From: Intoshia linei
Lineage: Eukaryota; Animalia; Orthonectida
Assembly (NCBI GenBank): GCA_001642005.1
Contig: LWCA01000009.1
Span: forward strand, 31,278 to 95,277
DNA length: 64,000 nucleotides
Direction: 5' to 3'
Shown in pieces: positions 28,226 to 40,052 of the stretch (position 1 is its first letter; each line of letters starts with the position of its first letter). The translations under genes were made by a program, and so were the position numbers. Under the pieces are notes generated by a model that saw only the letters and a list, made by a program, of their open reading frames with translations, did no database searches and was not told where the DNA came from.

Positions 28226-28902
28226 ATGCAAAGAAAATCCAATGTGTTTAAAATAAAATTCAAACATAAAATATTTGAACATATGCATTTGAATGAAGAA
28301 TATTCTGTTTTTGATAATATTCAGTCATTGATATTACTGGAAATTTTTAATCAACTGTATGACTGTAGAAAAGAACTGGAAGGATTAAAAACTAACAGAT
28401 TGGAAAAAGGGCTAAATATAAAAATTTTAAATGCATTTTTACAAAACTGCACAAATTTAAAGGTAACATTTCAGTTCCAATTTAAAATTAATTCATTTTA
28501 AATTTAAAGGCAGATTATATTATCCGAATAATTGATTTATTGAGTACTATAGAGAAACAAGGAAACAAAGAAGTAGAAATTATGCATTTTGAAAATTTTG
28601 TCTTTATGGTGGCTATTCTTGTAGCTTTAAAAGACGGTAAACAAAAAATATTTTCCTTCAATCACGACAAAATTTTATTTAATCTGATAGATTCTGATAG
28701 ATCCGGATCAATATGTTTAGATGAATTTTTAAGATTTGGGTTTTTATTGGGAATAAATAAAAATAAATCGTTAGAATCACTTTTTCGAAAATTTGATATT
28801 ACTGGAGATAAAGAATTAGAATTCATGGAATTTCGGCTTCTCATTTTTGCATATATGGACGAAGAAGATAAATCAAATGAAATACAAACAAATGAACCAT
28901 AG
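28226..28902 (+). CDS. EFCAB9: EF-hand calcium-binding domain protein 9 (CatSper-associated Ca2+ sensor)-like; exons 28226-28462, 28510-28902
   Basis: FLQNCTNLK, FENFVFMVAILVA, LFNLIDSDRSGSICLDEF, LFRKFDITGDKELEFMEF, collinear with EFCAB9. Confidence 0.8.
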
Positions 28903-29459
28903 TCATTATACCTTTTTATACCTAATTCAATTTAATTTTAGTTTTATTATTATTTTGTAATTAAAAATATGTAGTAAAAATTCAGTTTTTCAACACTATG
29001 TAAATGACGTACAACAGACAATTAATTTAACTGACAGACTCAATTTTAAAAGAATTATGTCTAAAAATGATTTATGGATTCATAGGGGGAAAATAGTCAA
29101 TATTCATTAATGTTATATTAAAAAAACATTACAACATTTATTAAAATTGTGTAATATTTTTGATAAATAAAGAAGTTTCAAATTAGATAAAAGTAGTCAC
29201 TAATTTGCCTTCCCTGATATATAATTTGTATAAAAACTTTTGTATAATTATCTTATCGTTTTATTTTTTATACTGAGAGATTTCGTTTAGTGGTGAAATC
29301 ATTTTTTTATCAATTTTTGGAGCGTTTCATTTTAATTGGTCAATTATAATTATTGGTAATTACCAATGATCATATATGGGTCAGTCATCTTCATTGCATC
29401 AATTTAATATGATTACATTACACTTAATAATTAATTAAGAAATAATATTAAAATTATAT

Positions 29460-30107
29460 ACGTGAAAAAGATATATCGTTCAATTTTGTATTCTTGCTTA
29501 TGATAAAATTTACGTCTTTGTAACTATCCAATAATGGTAGCAAAATATTCTCAAGAGTAGTTTGGGTACTTTTAAATCTCTGGTTTATTTTGAATAAAAA
29601 ATACATATTAACACCGTTACTATATATTCTTTTAAAATTGAATGTATTATCGCCTTTCATAGTTTAAAGTTTAAACTACTTACTGCTTAAAATTTAAACA
29701 GGTTAAGTAGAATTTTTATCAATTGGGGATGTTTATTCGGATACAAAAATTGGCATACATTGTATATTAAAAATTTGAGATATATTCATTTTCCGAGAAT
29801 TATGAAAATTCCCCGAAAAAAATTACACATTACTGTATCAATTCTTTTCTAAATTTAATTTCGATGCCACTAAAATAAAGATTGTCGGAAGCTAATCTAT
29901 AAAAAAAATTTAAATGATAATTTGCAGTCGATATCCACAGATCCGAACTATCAAATTCGAGGCACCAAAAATTATTTTCTAAAAAATATTTTCCAAATAT
30001 ATTTAAAATTATATCCTTAGCCGTATCCAAGGGTATTGATTCGCATTTTAAATTTAACACATTATAGTTATGATATTTTTTATCAATATATTTTTTAAAT
30101 GTTGAAC
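29460..30107 (-). CDS. Exon-like fragments of an unresolved gene (possibly 5' part of MTERF4)
   Basis: Open frames 30107-29833 (after a CAG acceptor) and ~29580-29460 (DVNFIISKNTKL); could not splice them into a stop-free model. Confidence 0.3.
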
Positions 30108-30119
30108 CTGGAAAAACGA

Positions 30120-30449
30120 TGCTTCATTTTTAAAAATCACTTTTTATCCCACCATTAATAAAGTTTAATAAAAAATACCATTTCAAACCCTCAGAGATAG
30201 AGATTGATTTTTACCGATATTTTTTTGATAAAATCCGATTTTATCAAACCTTATGAAAAAAATCTACTTAATCGAACCACAAAATAAAACTCTATATTAG
30301 CAAGGCTTAAAGGAATTATCCTCTTTTTCCAATATTTTTTTGAATAACACGATTTTCTAAATTTTATGATGAAAAACATTTAATTTATTCATTAATTTTT
30401 TATATTTCATGTTATCGTTGTCCAAAAAAAATAATGCCGGGAACCACTA
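30120..30449 (-). mobile_element. hAT/Charlie-type MITE with internal duplication (copy of 14286-14500 family)
   Basis: Terminus TAGTGGTTCCC; shares several blocks with 14286-14500. Confidence 0.55.
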
Positions 30450-32075
30450 ATTAAAACACTGAAAAAATGAAAATATTTTGATTTTCATTCAATTTAACCT
30501 ATTTACAGGTCATTTCATTTTACTTAATTAATAATATACCATTATTATCATCATTAATAAATCAAGAAGAAAATAAAATGTTTTATGTATCTAAACTTTA
30601 GATTCTACAGCTTTTAATTTTAATCGAAAAAGCTTTAATATAATTAAGCTAATCATTTTAAATTAACAATATAATGGAATTTTTGTATTTATAATTTTTT
30701 TAATTAAAAAAAATTTCGTCAAAAAGATGGTTGTTTGAGAGTAGTCTGAATTGAGTTAGAGTTAACCTCCCCGACAAATTGAGCTACAATATTGCCAGTT
30801 TATAACGAGCATTCTTGTCGAAAGAGCCGTTTCATTTTTCGATAGACAACCTCTGATCATTGGTTATGAAATCTACCGAAAATTCGTTTCTGTTCTCCAT
30901 CAAATCCATTACTGGACGTGTTGCTGAACTATACCAATATTAGGTGACATATCTCAGACCTTCCCAAAGGCTAAAGTATGGAAAAGTTCCATTTATGTTG
31001 CCTCTATTGTCGACTTCAAACAACCATCAATAACACATGTTTACATGTTTATATACAAATGTTTTCATTTCATTTTGAATATTCATTAACATAATTTATT
31101 CAGTTTAATTTGTAAAATGTGTATTTCTGTTTAATGCTTTTCAATTAAATTTGGTTTATTTTGTATTCTTAAGTTTGATTTTTTCACAAATTTAGTATTA
31201 ATCGTTCAAAAGATTATTACGAAGAATCCATACAAAACATTCTATCGAAAAATAGCTGTAATTAACGTATAAATTAAATATCCATGTAAACGTTTTACAG
31301 TAATTTTTCAAACTTTTTATTTAACGGAACTTTTTATGTGTATTCGCGATTTTTTTTCATTTTTATTTACACAGTAACGTATAAAATATAATTTTACCTA
31401 AATGATATAATATTGTAGTAATGTAAAAATGAATATTGATTTATAAAATTTTATTATTGAAAAAAATGGTCTTGAAGAGACACAAGGTGTATTATTTACA
31501 CATATATAAAATTAAATGTGTGTGTTGGTGTTTATTTAAAAAATTCAAAAATTTATAATTTAAAAAAATCAAAATTTCTAGTACAGTTTTGCGAGAGTTA
31601 TGTTTTTGTGCGAGTTACATTTTCATACATTGAATACATCCTTCAGGGTCAAACTCCCAATTCCCCATTTTTTTTTAATCAGAATAAAATTTAAGAAAAT
31701 CATCCCTATAAACTTCAGAAATAAATTCACTTTATTATTTTGTAAAACTAGATTTTTAAAAAAATTAATATGGCTCTTATTCTAAACACCTGAGCATCCA
31801 ATATGTAGTTAAAAAAATATTGTGGGTAACATAAAAATAAGTACTATAACAATGGTAATGTAGTAAAAAAGCTTTGGAAACACTGGTCTAACGGGATATC
31901 CCAAATAATCTGACTTGTTAACTGAAGCTTACGAAATCCAACTGGTTTATTTTGAAATTAGTTTTTTGAAGTGAAAAAAGTGTCTAAAGAACCGCTGATC
32001 CAAATATTATTTCATTGTATTAGTATAATACATGTGAATTATGTAGTCGTAACAATAAATAACAAACATTATCAA

Positions 32076-33717
32076 ATGGATAAAAAATATTCAAGAATTT
32101 GCCCATTAAAACTGTCACTCAATTATGCTCAAGCCGAAAATTCTACATTTTTCATTATAAGAGAAATTGGTCCAACAAATTTTTTATTAGCTGAAAATGA
32201 ACACAATAATATAACTTATAAAGTATGATTTAATTTATTTTCCTTTCTTTTCATCTCAATATTCATTATACTGATATCAAATAAATGGAAATTTTGGGAG
32301 AGGTAATTGTATAATTTAATATAATTTAATAGGTATCAATTGGAAATAAACATAGCTGTTCTTGTAAATATCTAAAATCAAATAAAATGTTATGTATTCA
32401 TTTATGTTGGTTATTTATGAAAAAATTTAAAGTGTCAAAAGAAAATGAAGGTAATTTTAAATTTGTATATATAAAATTCAAGGTTGTTAAGAAATCTATT
32501 CGTGACAAGTTTTTTAGTTACGTAAAAATTTTTCGTGACAATAAATATATTAACTTATATTGAAGATTAATAAATTTAATTTTTTTTATTTAATTAGTAT
32601 TTTGGAAAGCGGGACTAACCGATGGAGAAATTGGTGACTTGTTATTGGGAAAATTCGATGATATTCCAAAGAAAAAAATAAACAATGAAATTAAAAAAAT
32701 TGACATTAAGGATTTAGAAATAGACGATTCTTGTCCTATTTGTCAGGAAATCATTTATAAATCAAAAATGATTTTAACTTATTGCTCGTAAATAATATAT
32801 TTTGATATAATAAATAAGATTATTAGACAAGGATGTGGTAAACAAATTCATATAAAATGCATGCAAATATGGGCTAAGCATCAAAAAAAACGCGGAATAA
32901 CAGATATTACCTGTCCAATTTGTCGACATAAATTCGGAGCCATTAGGCCAATTGAATTTAAAATGCCTATCAGTGGAATACGAACAACAAATCATCACAC
33001 AAATTTTGAGTGCAAAAATTGTTCTCAGTCACCAATTATTGGAAAATTATTCAAGTTATATTAATTTTACTTATTCCAATGTAATGTTTAGATGTATCAA
33101 TTGTCCATCAACTACATTTTGTAAAAATTGTTTTATGACTCAATTACCCAAGTTTCCTTGCAATGAGCATATATTTTATTTTAAAATGGTATTATTTGAA
33201 ATATATAAATATAATTTATCCAATAATTTATTAACTAGTAAGTGGGTGTTATTAGGTAGTTAACATTATATAATGATATTTGTTTACATAAAGTATAGAT
33301 ATTTATTATATTGAAGTAATGAAGTATACTTGAAGTAAATGATTTTAGTAATGTCTTGTCTGTAATATAAAACATTGGTTTTTCAATAAATCAAATATGA
33401 TTGAAATGACATCTTTATACATCTTCATTATTCAAATTTTAAGTTAAAAGTTCAAATATTTTCGAGAATCATTGCAAATTATGTAAATTTTAATATAGTT
33501 TTGATTTGATTATTTTTTTAAGCAATCGAATTTAGGAAAAATATGAAACTTGGAGACAATTAAAAAGAAAAACACCAGAAAAACCCACCTCAAAATTACA
33601 TAATAAAACAATTAACGATCAAATCCCGTTAAAGTATAATGATATTAGTATAAACATATACGTCAATTTAGTTTTTGTATAACCGGATCCAGTTGTGTTT
33701 CCAGTAAAAATAAATAA
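32076..33717 (+). CDS. ZSWIM2: E3 ubiquitin ligase ZSWIM2/MEX-like (SWIM, RING, ZZ)
   Basis: IIREIGPTNFLL, CSC..LCIHLCW (SWIM), DSCPICQE..GCGKQIHIKCM..CPICR (RING), CKNCSQSPIIG..CINC..FCKNCF (ZZ); 3' end tentative. Confidence 0.9.
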
Positions 33718-34696
33718 AATTGAAAAAAAATGTATTATTTATTAAAATAAACTTTTCTGTAAAAAATTAATAATTAAATTTAGGTTTATAAATTGTATGT
33801 ATTATATCTAATTTATTTAAAATGCTCATTCATTTTTGCATAATTCAATTAAAACTTGCTGAAAATAAATTGTACTGCATTAAACTTTTGCAGACATAGC
33901 CAAAATTGATTTTTTATTAAATATATAAAGATATTAACTGAACGTGATGCAGAAAAATAATTTTATGATTGACAAATTCAATTCGAATCAATCGATTACA
34001 ATGTATTTTGATGTTATTTTTACTTTCTCAACGAAAAAAAATAAGTTTTCTAGAAATAGGCTATTATCAACAAGTCGAATTCATTTATGATCAAACAAAG
34101 TATCCGTTTTTATGATTAATATGAATATATTTATCCTTAGAGCATCAACTATGAGCAGCGATAACGAATTATTGATTTAATTTTAATAATGTCATTATTT
34201 TTTCACATTTCATTACTGCATAAACTTACAACAAAAAAACGTTGGATTTTATATGGAACTTTGAGAAGATTAATTATTTAATAGTGTAGTTAATTGATAC
34301 GTTTGTAATTGTGCAGGAAATGTCCTAGATAACATAAAATTTATAACTTTTATTGGTAAGTATCGATACGTTTACATTTTAGTAATTTATTAATGGTACG
34401 TTATATCATTTCATTTAGTCACGGTACAAAATCGATTTGTTATATAAAAAATTGTAATTACAACAGCTATTGTGAGTTAACGAGCTGAATGACCTGCTTA
34501 CGAAACATATAGCATACAAAACAACGAAATGGTAATTTGGTTTAATTAATCTAAAACCAGATTTAGATTTAAGCTCATGTATATATAATTTATAAAATAT
34601 ATAACAAATTCTTTTGTAATATCTAATCAATTGACATTTTAGTGCATTGGAAAATTTTCACTTAATTCTTATATTTCTTAATTTTGCATAATAATA

Positions 34697-37600
34697 ATGA
34701 AATTAATCAAAATATGCAATATTACATTTTTTATTATTGTCTTTTATTTCAAATCACTCATACTTGCACAAAACGAAAACAATTTTGAAGACGATTATGG
34801 TGCATCTCATATTATCAAAAGTTCTTAGTAATATATGATAATTTACATTCTAATGTGTTTAGTTTACATAGAAATAAAGGACCGTCCAATGAAATTAATG
34901 TTGACCTAATGCCAATCCTCGCAAACGGATACATTGGAGGACCCATGTATGGAAAATGGTTAAATATTAACGGAGTTTATTCGTACGGAGAAAATGCCAC
35001 CAGTGCAATTTATAAAACTCGCATACCTTCTCTTCTTATGTCATCTATTCAATTTGAAGATGAAGAATTATTAAACGAGTCGACAAAAGAATACCGATTC
35101 AACACTAAATATGGTACATAATTTATTTTTAATATGATTCTTATGTACGTCATTACATTTAGGAATATTTAATGAAAGAGTAACCAACAAATTCGCAATT
35201 ATTGAGAAAAAAACTTATGCTCACAGAAAATTGACAAGACTTTTCGTAAATGAGATTACAATACGACGCAAACCCGATTCTCTTACTGTTGGTATAATCA
35301 ATTTAGCATTCGTCAATTATGATATAAAGGGAGAAGACTATGAAATTGAACAAAATGAATACCATAAATATCACAAGTAAAAATGAATTAATTTTAATTT
35401 ATTAATTTTAATATAGAATGGTGAGATTACGATTGAAAAAACCATTTTCAGAAAAAGCTACTTATATTCACGTAAAATCAACTTAATTATAAAGTTATCA
35501 TTTTATAAGGTATTTTGGAAGGAATCTCCAATGTCCATTCATTTGTCAGATGGAATAAATGTTTATCGTTTAACAACTTTCATGTCTTTGGATGTTGATG
35601 AAGCTAGAGCTAGACAATCTTTTGATCAAGCCTTAAATTATTTGGAAGGTGACATCCGCGCAAATTCAATATATAATGAGCACATAAAAGCCTGGGATAC
35701 CATTTGGGAAAATGGTCACTTGGAATTTGATGATAATAATCCCGCTCTAGCACAACTTGTGTCAGCTACTCAATATTCCCTATATAGTTCATTGAGATCG
35801 GAAAGTGATGATCAACCACCAGCTGATGATGATTACATTACAAATCCAGCTCCAAATGGATTTTCAATGGAAACTATCCTTCCGGATTCCTTAATTTCAT
35901 GGAAAAATGATTTAGTACAATTATTAAAATATATAAAATGTATATATATTTTAGATGATACTCCCCGCTCTATCAATGTTACAACCTGAAATGGCACGCT
36001 ACATGCTAAGATTTAGAGCTGAGCAGGCTAAAGATATTTCCAAAAAAATTGCTATAAAAAATAACCAGGAGGGAATCAGGTTTAACTATTTTAATATTTT
36101 CTGTTATTTCAATATTTTTGTTTAGTTTTGCTTTTGAAATGCCTCCTGCTTATATTTCTCCAAAAATTGATAATTTATATTCTCTCAATGGAAAAAACAA
36201 TGCAAAAAAACAGTACCACATATCTGCAGCTGTGGTAATGGCCATACGCCATTATTTTGCGGCCACTTGGGATTTGAAAATAAAATCAGATCAAAGTTAT
36301 AAATCTTGTGATATAATAAAAGAAATTAGTCGAAATTTTGCCCAATTATTACAAAGAACCAGCGATAACAAATATTCTCTTAATGGTAAATTTATCTTGA
36401 TAAATCAAATTAAATTGTATTAATTTATGTCAGATTCCATTGGACCTGATGAAACAACGACAGATCAAAATCTTGTAAATGGGTATACAAATATTATTAC
36501 TTCCATATCTATACAATGGGCAAGATATTTCACTTGTATGTGTGGAGAAACTGGATCATCTTTACCTCTTGATTGGGACGAAAAAGCTGTCAATATTTTA
36601 CTTCCATATAATAAAGCAACTAGAAATCATTATAGATACATTGAAAAAAACCAAAGTAAATTTATTATTAAATTGGAACGTCATGTTAGCATTTTTTGTA
36701 AAAAACCTTAAATTTTCAATTTTTGAGACTTAGAAAAATATAAAAACAACAAAACACATGATAAGATATCAACACACCTGATTCAAATTTAAATTTTTTT
36801 AGTCACAGACAGACAGACACAAACACAAACACAAACACAAAGCGCGTAGCATATTATATAAGTTAGGATAAATTGTGGGGTAGTGTTTAAAATCATAAGC
36901 ATTATGATAAATAGCAATATCAAATAAGTTTATTTTCACTATCAAAACCACAGATTACCATTTTTTTAAAAAAATAATTAAAAAAGCTGATTCCGTTAAT
37001 TATTAATATAAAATAATTTTATAATAGAAAGTACCGGTATTTACAATTTTATTTTTTCTGGGATTTAACGTTTATTATTAAATTATTACTATTATGCTAT
37101 TAATGACAATTTTTAGAATTGTACTATTTTTACTTTTTCATAAACTTACTCTCTCTAATAAATTAAAAAAATGGATCACAATTGTTTATAAAATTATTTA
37201 CACAAATGTTAAAAAATAAAATTAACTGGGAATAATTCACTTTAACTTAAAGGTAAAATGAAATGACGGGTTCATGGTAAAACAAGTTTAGGCACCACTT
37301 CTTTAAAGAATTGATAATAGTGAACGTTGCAATTAAAAAAATCTGCCCTCGGCAGAACTACAGCTATTGCTACTATATAGAACTGTAGTATGCTGTTTGT
37401 ACGAAGTAGAAATTTAAAAAAATTACATATTTTTTGAATTAAAAAATTTTATATAGACCACTACACCGAATAAAAAAATGAAATACTTTTGTATATTGTT
37501 TTATCTAAAAAATTTAGGGAATTGATTTTAATTTTTCAATCAAATGATGAAGAAATATTTTACAGAAGAAAAAACACCTTTTAAAAACCACTTATAAGAC

Positions 37601-40011
37601 TCTTAGAATTATAATTATTATTAATTATTATTAGTGTAATTTTTTTTTGGGCAGTTCTACATGCATCAATAAACGAAAACTAGTCACTTTCAAATTGAAA
37701 AAATTACATATTTAATACCAAAACTACACACATATGTATAATATGTGACATAATAATACGTAATACACATATAAACAATATAAAGCAAATTTTTGTAGAT
37801 GTCGCTATTCAAATTATTATTATAATTATATTAACTCAATTATACTAATCTATAATGTTAGTAGAACGTATGCTCTAAAAAAAACTGTGTTCAAAAACTG
37901 ATAGCCTAATTAATATTATATAAAAATCAAAATAGAAGAATGTTTATGCTGACAAAATTCAATTACATTTAGATTTTTATTTAATATAATTTATAATATT
38001 TTGATTAAAAAATTTATCATTTATTGCAAATCAATGATATATTTGATAATATGATTCATGAAAACGTTTATATTATTAATGTTTTGTCTAATTGGTTTCA
38101 TAAAATTATTAATGATATTGTAATTTAGAATTCTACAGATTAAATTTATTATTATAAAGGTACATAATTTAGATAATATATAAAAACATTCTCAACCGAT
38201 GGTAGTATAAAAATAATCTATCGAAACTTTTTATAACCATATATAAATTTATAAATTTTCTCGAAATTTCTTTACAAAATTTTGCAAGTTCATACTGTTT
38301 TCGTAAAATTTTTTAAAATATTACTTCATCTACTACTTATTTACATGTGTGTTTTCATTGTTTTTTTAACATTGACGTTTATTCTAACTGTTTTAAATGT
38401 AAATAAAAAATGTGTTAAAATTAAAAAATGTATAATATTTGTTTCTGGATAAGCACACATCAAACAACATATTGAAAATGTAGTTTACATCACCTGAGAA
38501 ATACTCAAAACCATAAATGCAGATTATATTAATAACTAGCTTGACTATTATGTACTTCGTATAAACAGTATCCTAGCTGTGCCGAGGGCGTACTTTTTTA
38601 ATGATACCATATAAAATAAATTCAATAATAAAATCTTAATTAAAAATTTTACACTCACTATTATCAATCATTTAAAGGAGTGGTTCCTAAACTTGAATAT
38701 CACATTAACTTTTAATTTAATATGAATTATTCCACTTTATTGTATTTGGTTATCATTTTTGTAAAGCATTTTAAAAACAATCCAATTAATTTAATTTATT
38801 GAGGGAATGAGTGTATAATTTTAATAATAAAGTCAAAACAGGGTATCCTAACAATTGGCGTTTTGACTCTGAAGGACTCAAATTCTGAAACTAAAAAATA
38901 GATATAAACACGTTCTGGGGAAAACTATATTAGAAATTGGGTTTTTTTAAATTTTACGGCTGTCAATTTTTTAAATAAACGGTAACACCGTCACAGACAT
39001 TCAATTTTATATTAGTAAAGGATAATTTTTGTAAATACATAAATATTTTATATGATAACCTTAAAATGATATACATCTAATTTATTTTAGCGGCCATTAA
39101 TTATCCTGACCGTATAAAAGAGTTAGAAATACTATTGATTCATTACCCATTTAAATGGAACGTTAGCAATGAAATCGCTTTAAACGACATATACATGTAC
39201 GGGAAAAAGTTGATAGACCACACAGAATCTTACAATTGGAGTATTTTAACAATATTACATAAATGGTACAATTTAATTGAAATGACACAATCCAATTTTG
39301 AAAAAAGCTATGTAAATTATGTGAAAGAACCATATAAGGTACACAAAAAATAATATAATATAACATGTAATTTAGTTATGGTCGCAGTATCCAATTAATA
39401 GTGATAAACCAGGATTAAGCAATTATTTACCTTCTGCGGGTGGATTTATTCAGTCATTATTATTTGGATACGCTGGTATACACTTGAATGACGATAATTT
39501 GGAATGCATTAACCCAAGTCTTCCCATTGATTCACAACAAATGAAAGTCCGAGCAAATTATTTGGGTTGGAAATTAGATTTTACCTTTACTCAAGAATAT
39601 ATTGAACTGAAAGTTAATAAATCTAGCAATAATCAATTACAAATTAATTATTTCAAGGATAGTTATATTAACCAAAAAGATTCTTCGTCTGATATCAATT
39701 ATGATAACGAATATGAAAATATACCAGTGACTGATGGATCCAAAGATTCTCAAAACATTTATGATGAAAATGATTTCTTAGAGGAGGGATTTAATATCAA
39801 ATTTAATATGAAGACTTTCAAAAAATTCAAAATTTATTCACCACAAGGCGCCATGTGCGAATCACCTCAAATTTATGCGAATCTTCCATGTTCATACGAT
39901 TACGTTGAAATGAAGTATGAAGATATTTGGAGAATTTGTTCATCCACTTTTAAGTGTCTTCTTAATCCCATTGTGTATTTTGTTCTTATTACTTTATACT
40001 TTGTATTGTAA
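34697..40011 (+). CDS. Glycoside hydrolase family 65, PGGHG/ATHL1-like, with signal peptide and hydrophobic C-terminal tail; intron ~36656-39090
   Basis: PILANGYIG, EHIKAWDTIW, YSLYSSL, QYHISAAV, IGPDE, NGYTN, SNYLPSAGGFIQSLLFGYAG. Confidence 0.85.
36790..36868 (-). mobile_element. 5' end of Helitron-like non-autonomous repeat with microsatellite
   Basis: A|TCCTAACTTATATAATATGCTACGCG followed by (TTTGTG)n(TCTG)n; same start as 57099 and 62845. Confidence 0.5.
38850..39022 (-). mobile_element. Diverged Helitron-like repeat copy
   Basis: A|TCCTTTACTAATATAAA..GTGTTACCGTTTATTT..CTTCAGAGTCAAAAC, shared with the 57099/62845 family. Confidence 0.45.
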
Positions 40012-40052
40012 TTTTTATTAATCAAATAAAATATTTAAATGTTAAGATTTTA

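Noticed and set aside
30250-30380. ATG-initiated first exon for the 30107 fragment
   Set aside because: Lies within a MITE copy shared with 14286-14500
34110-34140. U12-type intron (GTATCC donor)
   Set aside because: The donor deviates (GTATCCGT), no branch site TCCTTAAC, only 31 bp, and no supported gene model around it
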